Below are positions 28,470 to 42,664 of a DNA stretch of 64,000 nucleotides, in pieces. Numbering within the stretch: position 1 is the stretch's first letter; the number at the start of each line of letters is the position of its first letter. Below the pieces are notes generated by a model. That model was not told where the DNA came from and did not search any database. It was given only the letters and a program-made list of their open reading frames with translations. The position numbers and the translations under genes were made by a program. This DNA is from the human T2T-CHM13v2.0 reference genome, Homo sapiens: the NCBI RefSeq assembly GCF_009914755.1, contig NC_060925.1; one strand, 5' to 3'.

Positions 28470-31355
28470 ATGTTTGAGAACGTAGAAAAAACCCCTTTCC
28501 CTCACAATCTATGAATAACTAGGAGGACTGAGTTGATGATTCAATCAAATTAAGTTTCTGTGCTTTTAAATTTTAAATATTTAACTCTGCCTTTACACAA
28601 TTACATTTTCTCTGCTTTTATGTTTTGCATATGCTAAGAAACATCTATTTTATTTAAAATGAATTACTAACATAGATTACTATGAAAGCTAAAATTTTGT
28701 TTTTTAGATGATGGCTATTTCCTCCCAATTAGAGCCTGGTAAAAAATATTCCCTGATGAGTCTAATGAACTGCAGATTATACAATTATAGGATTGGAAAG
28801 TCTGGTTCGATCTCTTGCCAGTGCTTGAAAATTTTCTATAATATGCCCACCCAATGATTTTCTGGCATTTGTTTGAATACCTCCAGCGACAAAGAAACTC
28901 ACTACTCTGGAAGCAGTTTGTTCCCACCTTGGACGGCTCATTAGTGATTCCTTATATAACGAGCCCAAAATCTGTCTTTCTATTAATTTCTGCCCAGTTA
29001 TCCTCGTTCTGTTCCTTAAACTCACAGAGAACAAGGCCAATCAGATTTGTCTAACAGGCAGAGACACGGGCTTAGACCTGGCTTAGAGACTGGTCTCTAT
29101 CATTGAGTCAACTGCGGGCAAGTCATTGTCCCTCTCTAAGCCTCAGCTTCACTGGCTGTGAAATAAGGATCCTACGCCTACCTTAGAGTGCTGCTGTGAG
29201 GACTAATGAGCCAGTGAAAGGCAGTGCGTGCTAGCTTACGAGAAAATGCTTGAGAATGCTCCTGGTGTCATGAAGGATGTCACTCATGACCACAGTCTTC
29301 TCTCCTCCAGGACAAAGCCCTTCTGTTCTTTCAGGTATTTCTTACATAAAAAGGCTACAAATTCGTAATCATCCTAGGCCCTCTCTGCCCACATCTTTTA
29401 ACATCAGGTACCTAGTTAATACTAAGCATCATCTGTCAGGTGTAGTCATGTAAGAGATCTGGTTGGTAAGATTTTTGGTTTTCTGTGTTTGCTTTAAAGA
29501 CAGTCACATCTCTGACTGAGAGCATAGGTAGAAAGTATTAATTCCCTTGTTTCAGTTTAATGAATTCTTCCATGGAATTAATCCATTCTCCTCTTAATTC
29601 TGGGATCACTCCCACCTCCTGCCTCTTTCGCTGATAGTCATCAGAAAACAGCCCCCCTCTGACCTTGTCTTTTGTGGGATCCCTCTATCCTTGCTTGACT
29701 TCCCTGCCTCCATCCCCCACTCCTGTCTCAGATCTATGCCTATTAATGTTCACTGCAAGACAGAAGATCACTCTTGAGGTCAGAGTCTGTCTTCATGCCA
29801 GATACATTCGTGAGCAGATATGGTCACCAGCTCAAAGGCTACAGAGCCAATGCTTAACTCTGGGAAGCAAAACTTTTTGGAATTTGAGGTTGTTTTTTAA
29901 AAAAGATCTTGTTAAGAGAGAGAACACACTAAAAAACTCTTGCACCACATTAGAAACTACCACTCCCCATTGTAACCCAGGGCAGATCAAAGGAGAGACA
30001 GAATCCAAGGGACAGATGGGAGAGTGTTTTATGAATATACAAAGGTTCACAGCTACTTCGCTTTGCAGTCATCTTGTAGACCAATAGCTCCTCATCTGCT
30101 TTAGTAACAAAGGAGTTTGGGCTATTCCTGGAATGACCGAACACAATCTCGCCCCCTGCCAAGCTCAGCACACTGAGATTAATTTAATCTGCTTCCCGCT
30201 CTCCCAGACTGCTTTGCGGCCTTTGGGGAAAAGCAGCTTAACAGTGAAACTTGCAGAAACCTGCCCTGCTGGCCCTGAGGCCAGATAAAAGAGACAAAGA
30301 AATACTCTGAATTTGGTTCCTTACTCAATTCCCTTGACCAGTTCAGAGGCTATAAGTGCTGCCGGGCATTCCCACAGGTCTCAAATGCCTGTATACAGTC
30401 AGGCACCTGAAACCGAAAGGTGGAGGCAGGATAAGGCCGATGGGAGAGGCTGGGGGAGGGGAGTAAAGCTAGGCTTCGGTGGGGGAAGGGGGAGGTAAAA
30501 TCTTGGCCTTTAGTTGACGCTGACCACAAAGGGCCAAGTATTCCGGTCAGAATGAACAGAGCAGCATGTTCCACGGAGTCTTGCCTAACATATGTCTCAA
30601 CTTCTAGGCTGTTTCTCATTTCTGGTCTCATTCACAGGCTCTGGTACAAACAGCCCTTACAGGGGTGGGAGAAAACAGGAAGGACTACTCAGCTCCTGTT
30701 TGTGAAATTATCTGCTTTGGGACTGGTCACGTCTCCTAAGCAGAGCAGACTTCTCTAGGCAGGGGGCTACCACTCACTCAGTCACCTCGAGATCTTCAGG
30801 GGCTAACCCCATGTCCAAAATATGACAGGTGCTTAATGACCACTAAACTGGAATGTGTGGCATCCATGATCTCAGTCTTCACTGTCTACATATAGAATAC
30901 AGGGCTGCCTAGTGCCAAGATAAGCAATTTGGCACTAGCTGAGATTTACAAGTTGCTTTCTGAAGCTATGATGTTTTGAGAGCAGCTAGGCTGGTGGTAC
31001 CTGCCTACCGGAGCGGCATTTCTAGATACCTGATTATGAAGAATAAGAGCTATTTTTTGGCCCATGTCTTCCTGTTACAGTGGGGATTTCCTCAACAGAA
31101 AAGAGGTACAGGTGGACCTCTGAATTCCCTGTCCCCTTTGAAACATTTTTGCCAGACCCAGGCACTTGGCAAGGCAGGATGACCTCTAGAGGCAGAGGCA
31201 GGGAGGCTCCTAGGACCAGTGGGTTGATGTCCAGAGCTGACGGGCTCTCCAGCCTGCTGAGGACAGACGTCAGGCTGGTGCCAGTTATGCACAATTGGGC
31301 CACTTCAGAGCCAGTGCTGATGTTTTGTTTTGTTATACTGGAATACAGCTTAGTA

Positions 31356-31569
31356 CAGGTTAAGTATCCCTTATCCAAAATGCCTGGGACCAGAAGTGTT
31401 TTTAATTTTGGATTTTTTCAGGTTTTAGAATATTTGCATTATACTTACTGGTTGAGCATCCCAAATCCAAAAATCTGAAACGCTCCAATGAGCATTTCCT
31501 TTGAGTATCACGTAGGTGCTCAAAAAGTTTGGGATTTTGGAGCATTTTGGATCTGGGATGCTCAATCTG
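31356..31569. mobile_element. Tigger4a/MER46A-like MITE
   Basis: TIRs CAGGTTAAGTATCCC...GGGATGCTCAATCTG with TA duplications; same family as 9333-9568. Confidence 0.85.
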
Positions 31570-32680
31570 TACTAACATCTGCAACAGGTATTTCAGATGG
31601 CCTAGCACTCATTCTATCTGACCCTAAGATAGCCTGAAGACATGGCTTCAAAGGCAATGGAGACCAAACGGAGCTTTTCCTTCTACCCCCTCACCTTGGT
31701 CAATGGCTGATTTCCACCTTATCATGAGAAGGGAGTATGTATTTTAACTTAAAAGACTTCTATTTACTGTTTGGTTGCAGTAGGAGTATGACAGAGCTCA
31801 TGAAGTGAATAAAGAATTTAAAGAAGCAGAGTAGATGATAACATGGCTCATTTTCTTACAACAAATTCTGCTCAACAAATGGCAAACAAGGTCACCTATA
31901 AAACCCAAAGCACACTCTCCAAGCCCCCAGCACTGAAGTCACGCTCACTGTGCTGCAGTTCAGCAGGCCCAGCCATGTGGCCAGGGTGGTCTCTGCAGGG
32001 TTCCCAAGGAACCATTTGCTCTAGAAACCGCCTCAGTGGAGCACTGCAGAGTGATGCCCAGTTAAACCATATCCAGGAGACAGCAGCAAACACAGCACAT
32101 ACCTGGTCCAAGCAACAGGCCGTACTGCAGTGCGGTAAGCTGAGGACAGAGTGCCCAGTCCTCATGGAAAGATCTGGGGCCACGCTTTACAATTTCTTTG
32201 GTTATATTTGGGCCCCCAAAGAAATTAATGCCACTGAAAGTGAGGAAGGCAAGAGATTTCACAAACACCTGTTTGTTGACACCTTCCCCCAGGGCGGGGT
32301 AAGTGAAGGGTAGGAAAGTGACTGAGAGGGAGTTGCGGGGAGGAGGGAGGGGAACAGGCAGGCTGAGCTCTATCTGGGACCCTGACAGAGTCCATCAATT
32401 AGAGATTCATTTGGTTAACAATTTCTTTAAAATGCAAGTATACATCTTACAGTCATTCACACTTTACTGTGAATTACTCGACTCAGATAAACAGATTGCT
32501 TTCCTCCCAATTTAGGGATGGGGTGGGGGAGGGGGTGGGTAGTGATTGTTTTGGATCACGGGGCACTAGATCCCAGAGGATTAAAGTTAGAAAGGCCCTG
32601 AGTTTAACATCTTAAATGTCCTAGATGAAGCAACTTGGCCTCAGAGGTGAGGTGATTTGCCCAAGGTCACAAAAGGTCAC

Positions 32681-32853
32681 AAAAAAAGACTCTAGGCTTA
32701 AATCCCATCCTGTAATGCTGGGCAAGTTACTCTAGGCCTGTTTCCTCATCTATGAAATGGGGTACTTATATCTGTCTTACATATAGCTGTGGTGAGGATT
32801 AAATAATGTAATGCAGGCACAACACACTGGACTAGGCTGAGCTTGGACACAGG
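32681..32853 (+). repeat. 173 bp local duplicate of 35091-35263
   Basis: Ungapped alignment by eye shows 4 mismatches. Confidence 0.95.
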
Positions 32854-34785
32854 CAGTGGCAGAACCCACACTAGAACCCAGTGCTTTAGACTTTTCCGGG
32901 TGGGCCACACAGGTGGAGGGAGGGCTGCGCTGATTAGCCGTGGATAGCACGAGGGCACTTGGGAAAAGAGGACAAGACATGTAAACTGTATTCTGGGACC
33001 TTCTGAGGCAGAGGCCAGATATCACATGTGGGCTGGAGCATTTGGGTTGGGAAGCACAGGATGATCTAGATGAGTGATTCCCAAATTGGGATTCCTGGAT
33101 GACTAAGCAGGATCCCTGAATCTAGTTAATCAGGACGCACAAGCTGGATTCAATATCTGAAGAAGCCGAAAAGGAAACAGCACATAATATATACCTTCAG
33201 GAGGGCAAAACATGCTATTATTTAATATCATGTTACCATGTTTCCCAAATTCTAAAATGCAGTCAGTTGTTAAGATGACCCATTTCCCCCACAACGAATT
33301 TACACATTGATTACGTGTGCGTCTCAAGTACAGATTGTAAAAGTGTGCATTTTAGAATAAAACAAACGAATGCCATTTATTTGGAAGACAGTATCTTGTA
33401 AAACATGCACAAAATGAACTCTTAGTGGTGGGAAAATTATAGACCCTTCCCACCTGGGGTCCTCTGAATACCAGAAGGCAGGGGGAACATCCAATGTCTG
33501 CAGCCTTTTCAAATCTGCTAAGGGCAGAGCTGTCAAAGGGACAAGGACTCCTTGCCTTGACACAGCAGGCTGTGGCTCCCTGAGGAACCTCTCTGAAGCA
33601 CCTCCTCTGAAGGACCTCTCCCAGAGAAGGGAAGGCACAGCAGTGACAGAAGGACCCTGTGGGGCTCTTTGCTGAGAAAACTGGTGAGCTTTTCAGGCAC
33701 AGGAGGGTCACTGGCTGCGGATGACTGAGATCCACACCTGAGTTCCTTGCAGGGGGCTGGCCAGCAGGATGAAGGAGAGGCCAAGCCAGGGGACCCTCCA
33801 GCCTTGCCCTCAGCGTCACTGCAAAATGCTCTTGCTGGGTCTGGGTTGAAAGGTTTGGAGAGCTTACTGGATTTTAAGCATCTGTGTTGACCAGCTCCCG
33901 TTAAGGCATCTGGCAGGGAGGGGGCTCCTCCCATGCTGGCAGCCATTACCATACAGCTGACTTTCATGCTGTCTCTCAGGACACAGGCAAAGAGAACGGC
34001 CCTTCTGACTCACCCACAATCCCCAGCTAAAGTGTACATAAGCTGAATTGTAAACAGCTGAATGTGCTCCAAGCTGCCACCCCCAGCTATGCAGGAAGGA
34101 ATCAATGGAGCGAACAGCCACCCTCCCCCCACCCCATGCAGTTCAGGACAACGGGAGCAGTGGGGGATTTCCAAACAGCTGCTTGAACGCTTCCCAGCCC
34201 ACAGGCTGAGGACTGCAAGAGGGGCCTGAGCTCAAACTCAGCAGCAGCACCTGCAGGACCAGAGTGACTTCCACCAGGTCAACACACCAGGGAATAATAG
34301 CTGGCCCTGGCTGCAGGGAGTCAGGGAGGAGTTTTCAAAGAGTTCTACTTAACCCTGGTGATGGAGGCCAGTCCACTGGTATCCAATGCCAGGGTCAAGG
34401 GCTCCCAGATAGTCTCACATCATAGTGCTCCGGCCCATGCTATGATTTCAAAACGCAAAATGTCTAGAACCAATGGGAGAGGTTCTACAGTAGACACTAA
34501 GATCAGGGGAGATAAAAGGAAGAATGGCAGAGTAGAAAGAGCATGGGCTCTGGGGGCCAGACCTGGACTCATATTCTGTTCCACCTTTAATCAAAGGTGT
34601 GTGGCTTCAAGCACTCACTGCCTGTTCTGAGTCTTGGTTTCTCCATCTGTAACAACGAGGCTCATACTACCTACCTGTCTGGGAGGTTTCAGTAAATATT
34701 ATATATGTAAAATGCCTGGCACTGAATACACGCAGAAGCTGTGCTACATGGCAGTTAAGACTGTGGGATTAGAAAGACTCTAGGC

Positions 34786-35136
<351 letters not shown>

Positions 35137-36205
35137 TTACTCTAGGCCTCTTTCCTCATCTATGAAATGGGATACTTATATCTGTCTTACATATAGCTGT
35201 GGTGAGGATTAAATAATGTAATGCAGGCACAACACACTGGACTAGGCTGAGCTTGGACACAGGAGTGCCAACGTCACTGAGACCTGTGAGAAGATTAGGA
35301 AATCATTCTAATCTCACTCTTTCACTGAGTCTGGCCTCTTACAGCCCCAGAGCAGGGCTAATCTTTCCGTGGCCCAAACTGAGGTATCTGAGGTTTGTGT
35401 TCCTCAGACGTCTTGGTCTACGTCGGTAGTCCTGTCCTTGCGCTGTTGAGGTCAGGCTTCAGGAAGAAATGTTACCTCCACTGTGACTGCAACATAACAG
35501 AAATGCTTCTGTCCTAAAGGGCAAAGCAAAGTCTCAAGTCACCTTCAATGGCTATTAATCTAAAGGACAAGAAGACAAGCACCAGATTCTCTTTCTATGC
35601 AGTTTTTTCATAAAGGGGGGTTTTAAGCAGACAGTGCAGAAGAACCCTAGAAACCAAAAGAAAGGTTAACTTTAAGACAAATAAAAGGAAGCACTGCTTT
35701 ACTTAGAAAATACTAAATTTATGTAACTTGTAATGCCAGATGATTTAGCTTATGAAAAGAAATTAGTTTAAAAGGCTAAAAATAAACCCAGTTTAAGATA
35801 AACTCATGGAAGATGGATTTCTACCGGTTTACAAAAGAAATCTAGAAATGTTTAGTAAACTCTCCAATTATTTTCAGGTTGATAACAGGGAAAGGCAGCC
35901 ATGTTCCCCAATATGATGACTATTTTTTTGGTTATCAACTGCAGCATCACTAATATTGTTAGATAAATGTCAGGGGAGACTGGGAGGAGGGAACGCTAAG
36001 CCTCAGTTGTCCTGTCTATATTATGGACTACATACTACATACCTTGCAAATCAGTTCTATTGATCATTTCTGCTCATGGAAACATTACTCCTTTCCTCCT
36101 TATAACCATTGTCTAAGCTTCCAGTCAACCCTATTTTGCCACCAGTCAACTGATAGAACAGATTAATACTGATTACTGGAGGCCTCAAAATATGGATTTA
36201 ATCAA

Positions 36206-36500
36206 ATTTTTTTATTTTTTATTTTTTGAGATGAGGCCTCGCTCTGTCACCCAGGCTGGAGTGCAGTGGCACGATCATGGCTCACTGAAGCCTCGACTGT
36301 CCACACTTAAGCGATCCTCCCACCTCGGTCTCCTGAGCAACTGAGACCACAGGCGTGTGCCACTATGCCCAGGTAATTTTTTTTTTTAATTATCTGTAGA
36401 GGCGAGGTCTTGTTATATTGCTCAGGCTGGTCTCGAACTCCTGCGCTCAAGTGATCCTCCTGCCTCGGCCCCCCAGGCATGAGCCACCGTGCCTGGTCCC
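36206..36500 (-). mobile_element. AluJ
   Basis: Diverged reverse Alu dimer. Confidence 0.8.
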
Positions 36501-39500
36501 AATTTTTTTTTTTAAAGTAGTTGCTTCATATTAGTTTTGTTTTAATTTAAAGTGTCATTTGCTTTGATTGTTCAAAAATGTCTTAATATAGCTGTGTGGC
36601 TTTAGGTCACATATGGATGGTTTCAAATATGCTAAAGATACCAGTAACTAGGGATAATTATATAGTATTTGAGACATAACAGCCATGCAACTAGAGTTTT
36701 AAAAATAACTCAAGCAGTCACGAACTTTCATTTTCTTGCCAACAGTTCCAATATTCAGTATCAGGCCTGGTCCTCCTAATCTACTGGAGAAGAGTTGGTT
36801 ATGGCATGGCATCTAATAGTCATCTCTTCTTAATACAAATGATAATAAATTTCACTGCTAAGACGACAATCATCTGAAAAAAACAGACATTTGCTTATGT
36901 TTTAAAGTCATAATAGCAAACTGGGGCTCTCTTCAACATCTGGATTCATCTCAGAGCACTGGCAATCTGTGTTTAACAGCAGTCATGTCTTTACCAGATG
37001 TAGAAAGAATGTTCTCTTCTTTTGGACTTACCTAAATATCATTTGGAAATTGGAAGAACAGGAAAGCATATCCTTTTTCACTAACTATAAAAATAATTTG
37101 GAAGGAGAAGGAAACAAAAAAAACCTTGAAGTTTTCTATGCTGGTCTACATGGTCTTACAATGAATCTCAGAGCAACGGTTTATGACTTAAATTATATGC
37201 TGTGTTCCTTAGCATACTTTTTCTTCAAAAACTAGTAATTCTAAATTGTATAATTCTTGACTATGATAAAAGAGCCCATTTCTTGACCATGTCATTTATA
37301 CTGGACTTTTGTTACTGATGGGGAAAAATCCAGAATTTGTAATAATTATGTCTTGGATATGCAAATGGTTGATTATTTTCCTAACAATTCCCAAAATATC
37401 CACATCATAAAGCAGAATTAAAGATGGTTTGCCTCTCAATACCTTTAGAAATATCAAATCAGTGTTCTGATGTGGCTAGTAATTCAAATGAAAAATGTTA
37501 AATAAGTCATTGCTTCAAGTGAAGCCTACCTCTGTTTGAGTTGTGAATAAGTAGTTATCTTAAATAGGCAACTTTTTTTAAAAACAGAAAACATATTCAA
37601 AAAGGGTTTTAACTGGTGACTCATAGTTTAAACCATGCCCTAAAAACATTTAAAGCATAAATCTATGTGTTCAGACTCCCATCTTGAGGGGTAGTTCAGT
37701 TTTGGGTTCCATGAAACAAGGTGTTAAGTCCCCAAAGAGAGAGCCATTTCTGTCATTGGCACAAAGTCCCCATCAGAGTAGACTGCATAACGCAGTCAGT
37801 TCTCACCCTGCTTTCCCATAGGGCTGGGGACTGGGGGGAGGTGGGGAGGGTGGGCAGGCTCAGAGGGGCACCTCACTCCAGGACAGTCTCCTGAGGGGTA
37901 CACAAAAGCCTCTCTCTACAACCACTTTTGTGAGATTCCTCCTGACCACAGAAAGTCATCATCATGATCATCTTTCAGTAGCAAAATGGCACAAAACAAA
38001 GGGAATAAAAGAGAAACTATCAATTATGAAGACTCCTCATTCTCATTTCCCTACTCTCGTCTCCAGTAGGTGTCCTTTCAGAAGAGAATCTTTCTATGGC
38101 TGGAACTAAATCTGTCTGGAGATTAAATATTGAACAGCTGGGAGAAGTTTAATATAAATTTAGACTGACTCAAGAAGAGGGAAAAACTCTTGGTAAACAC
38201 CGTACTAATGATGAGCAGCATTACAGGAACTGGAGTCACCAACCTATTCCCTAGGTTTTTTAAACTTTAACTTTATTTTGGCTTGCTGATCCATGCTGGA
38301 TGAAAGTGAGGAGGTGGGGGAACTTTACTTGGCAAATGGTTACTGAACGCCTGGCCTGAGGTCCACAGCCTAAAGGAGGACAGAGACTTAAGGGAAGAGT
38401 TTAAGGCAGTGAGGTCATCCCCTTTACACATTCACAATAGAGAAAAGTAGACAAAAAGACACCTACGAGCACACCAGTAGGGGTTCCTAATTCTGAGACA
38501 ATAATCATGTTCTGTGTTTTTCCTTAAATAAGAAAATGTAGAGAGGGGACAGCCTATGTAAGAGCATACAAGGCCAGAGGTAAGAAGAGTTCAATTGTGT
38601 AAGATCATCCATCTACTTACTCCTCTTAACATGCCCTCTCCCCCTGAAAGATCAGAACCAAGGGATCCAAAGTATCTGAGACAGGAAATGAGTAACACAG
38701 GAAAAAGGATGTGGTCTGAAAAAGAGTGGATTCTGGGGCTGAGCCAGAGCAAGGAACAGGCACAGGGTCATAGCTGAGGGAAGGGCTTGGTGGCAGGAAG
38801 AGAAATCTCAGGGTCAGTCCGCTTAGACTAGAAAGTCAATGACAGAGCAGGTATGTCAGGGGAAGCAGCACAGTGCCTTCCTAAGAGGCTCTCCTTCCCT
38901 GAAGGAGGCAGAGAATGCAGAAACAATGGCTGATGAGATGATGAGACCCACAGCCAGGAGAATGATGACTGTGACAGAAGGAAAAGGGGCTGGAGGTCCT
39001 TCTTTACTTAGAGGGAAGAGTAAATAATATATATGGAGTGAGCTTGACAAAGGTAAATTAAAAATTAACCCAGGACCTGGGAGAGAGTGGAAAGGGCCAG
39101 GAGGTGGGGACATGATGAAACACCAACATTCATTAAGCACCTTTGTGCCACATGTCAGTAAAGAACAGTTTGGGGGAAAAAAGAAGGGGGTGAAAACAGG
39201 AGAGAAAACATAGTTGGACAACTGAGAAACCGACTCAAGTACAACAGAAAGGACTAAGAAACTACCCCCTTTCTCAAGATTCAGGCTGGAGGAAAAAGAT
39301 GTCTATTCTTCCCTGTGTGCATGGACGAGCCTGGAAACAGATCTTGGGTGGGCTGAGAAGCAGAGCTCATGTGATGAAGAGTGCCTGGAAAGGGCAGGTG
39401 CCAAAAGAGCACCACTCCCCATCTGCCCGACCTTCTGCGAAACAAGCCCGCCCTTGTGAGTGAGCCAAGCCAGAGGCCCCAGTTCCCGCCTTGCAGGGGC

Positions 39501-40779
39501 TGGAACTTAGGTACAGAGAAATCACCAGTGGAAAACACAGTTTATCAGCTGGTTAGAAAGGGTGAATACTCCCAAATGTAGATCCAGATGTTGGGAGCTA
39601 TTTGTTAAAATCACTTTTATATTCCCCAGTGCCTAGGGCAGTACTTTACCTAAAATGGGAGCCAAATAAAAGTATGTTAAATCTAACTGAATGAAACCAG
39701 AACTGCTTTGCTGTGCTGGTTATCTTAAGGTTCAAGACAGCCTCTTGCCCGATAACCAACACAGTCAGGTACTTTATTTCTGTTCTAAAGTCAAAACGAT
39801 GGGAAGCCCTACATCCCTTGTGACCTAAACCTAAATCCTAATCAATAGGGTCTGCCACAGGTCTGTTGCCCTGTACCAGAATAAAAGATGGGCGGGTGGG
39901 GGAGGTGGGAAGAAATACAAGAGCAAGAAGGAATTTCCTTGCCTCATTAGCCTGTAATGTTCATGCTGACCTAGAAATCCTGGCAGTTCCAACATTTGGG
40001 TTGACTCAGGCGGGGAAGAAAAATCCCAGGTGAATGATAATTGGATTACCCAGTTATGCTCCAGAGCCAAATGGCTGGAAAAGGCCAGGTCAGTAGGCTG
40101 TGGTACAAAGTGACATTATTTTTTAAACCAAAAATGGAGATACTCAGGCTGATGGACAATGGGATGGAATAGTTTAAATTGGGGCTGTCCTAGAAAAATC
40201 AGGGACATATGATGGATTTAGGTAGGTAGCTTATTTTGCAAGGGATCCTCTGGGCCCAATATGCTAATGGAGAGGGGATTAAAGATCAAACACGGGAGAT
40301 ATCCGAGGGGAAGGCTGTCATTGATTTGTAAGGGAAGAAAAAGATGAAAAGAGTGTGTTCCGTACACAGCACATGAAGGTACATATCGTAGGTATGGAGT
40401 AGGAAGGAAAGGAAAGTTGTTCAGAACCGAAAGTATGTGGGTGAGATCAGTTCAGGTTATGGAAGACGGGTGGGTGGGCAGTAGCAGGGCACTGACTGGT
40501 ATCCGACACGGGGCCCAGGGCTTAGTTCAGATGGTAGCGTCGCCACTGGTTTGCAACCTGACCTTGGGCCAATTATTTCCCTGTCTGTGGACTTCAGTTT
40601 AAATACAGAATCTCACAAATCCCGATTTTAATGTAAAGAAGCAACAAATATAGTCTACCTTCATTTGGCATAGGAAGGAGAGAAAACGCTCTTCTAAAAA
40701 TGGAAGAAAAGACACAGAACAGCTTGTCCCTTTCCATCCAATTAAAAACCTCGTGAGACTGAACTAGATTAAAAACAAA

Positions 40780-42230
40780 ACTCTCCAGCGAAGCCGCAGG
40801 CGCCTCCAAGATAGGGAGTCCACCACCAATAAAGTACGGCAGATGCCAGCAGTCTCGTCCCCGAACGCACCGTCCGTCCCAGGGAAGTCGCAGCGGCGGG
40901 GAGGCCGGTCCTAGGTTGGGGCTGGGGTGGGGTGTGCGGGGCCTGGGGACGCGGAAGCTGCGGCGCGCCGAGGTGACACGGCTTCCAGGGGCGACGGGCG
41001 CGCAGGGTCCCCAGGCGAGCGAGGCTGGGGAGCAGGGCACCTCCCAGGCGCCGCGCGGACGAGAGCCGCGACTGGCACGGCCTGGCAGCCGCGTAGGCCC
41101 GGGCCGTTAGGGGCACCGAGGGCGGTGCCCGACTTCCAGTGCGGCGAGCGCGGCCCCCGGCCTCCCTACTGGCGAGAACCCCTCCCCCGCCCCGGCACTG
41201 ACCTGTCCAGGGCCCGGCTGGGCCTGGCCGGGCGGGGCCTACGCAGCCCCTCGGCCGGGCGCCGACTCGCGCGGGGTCCCGGGCCCGGGCGGGCCGCCTC
41301 CTCTCCGCCGGGAGCCTCCGAGCCGGGGCCCGGGGCTGCCGCGGCGCATCCGACCGCACCGGCCTGGCCGGCGTCAACAAAGGGCGGCCGGGGCGCGAGG
41401 CCGGGACGGGGGCGCGAGGCCGGGGCGGGAGCGCGGGCGGCGGCCGGGGTTGCGCGCGCGCGCGCGGCGGGCGCTCGAGGGCTGCAGCCGCCGCGGAGAC
41501 AATGCGGCGAGTCTGGGACGGCTCCCGCGGCCGCCTCCGCCGGGGGCGGGGCGAGGGAGCGGGGCGGGGAGGGGCGGGGCCGCGGGAGGGGCGGGGCGGA
41601 CACGGGCCGCGCGCTTCCTTTGTGCGGCGAGCCCCGCCTCGCGCCCTCCGGAAGGCGGGTTAGGGACGCCCGGGGCTCAGCTTAGGGAGGCGGGCGCCAC
41701 GCCTCGAGGAGGCTGCCCTGATAGCCGGTGCAAGTGCTCCTTGGCGGGGCGGCCCGCGACTCCCGCCTTGGACCGTTCACTCCCTGAGGGGCCTGGGGGT
41801 CAGTCAGAAGACTAACGACCACCAGTCACCGAGAGCTCAGTTCGTGCCAAACCCTGCTCGCGCTGTCCCCGACTTATTGTTCACAACGACCCTACAAGTC
41901 ATTCTCCTTCCCACTGGGAACCGAGGATCAGAGGGAAGTCATGGCCCGAGTGCCCCGGTCACACCTCCGTGAGCGGCCTCGGGCTCGCGGTTGAGGCTGA
42001 TTGAGGAAGTGGGTTCAGGCGGCCCGCCGTGCCTGGCACACGGTCAGAGTCCCGTAAGTGTTGGTTATCTTCCCCAAGCGCACCGGGTGAACCTGCGCTG
42101 TCGTGGCGAAGCATACTCATTCAGCACGCGCGCGAGGGGCTGCGGGGGTACAGAGACGTGCAGCGTGACACAGTCCCCACCCTCAGGAGCGCGAGGCGCA
42201 GGAAGGTGCTGGACACACGCCAGGCACTTC
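40780..42230. promoter_or_regulatory. PHC2: Intragenic CpG island / internal promoter of the short PHC2 isoform
   Basis: Very high GC and CpG density; clustered GGGGCGGGG (Sp/KLF) boxes at ~41542-41598; CCGGAAG ETS-like site at ~41648; no TATA box. Confidence 0.9.
41203..41530 (-). other. PHC2: Alternative first exon (5' leader) of the short PHC2 isoform; 5' end approximate
   Basis: Strong donor CAG|GTCAGT at 41203/41202 just downstream of the GC boxes; next annotated acceptor is at 25896. Confidence 0.75.
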
Positions 42231-42664
42231 TCTCCATTCTTGACTTCCCTCTGTTCCCAACATGGTCCCATTTTCTTGCCTTCCTTAGTATTCATATTCG
42301 TTGCCTGCCTTTCTTCTCCCCCCACCCCTTTCCACTCTCAGGCCTCATCCCATCTTCTTTGTTTACATTTATTTTACATTCCCCGAATATTTACTTAGCT
42401 CCCTTTCTCCTCTATTTTTCAAATTTTCAACCCCCCTTTTCATTAATATTCATATTTCCTTCTCCTCTGCCTCTGCATTTCTTACACTTATATTTTGTTT
42501 TATAAACTAGGGTAACACAGGATTGTATCCTCAACTCCTGTTCCCTAACATGCCCACACTTTCCTGCCTCCCTCTCTTAAGTTCCACCAGTTCTTCCTGG
42601 AATGCTCTTTCCTCAACTTTGCATGTCCAGGTCCTACCTATCCTTCAAGGTCCAGACTCAAGAA

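Noticed and set aside
32681-32853. Duplicate read as an Alu or L1 3' transduction
   Set aside because: No element body, no 3' poly(A) and no TSD around the copy
40927-41685. 252-aa + strand ORF and other ORFs in the CpG island
   Set aside because: Non-ATG starts, low-complexity G/A/R/P composition and no recognisable domain; expected in very GC-rich DNA
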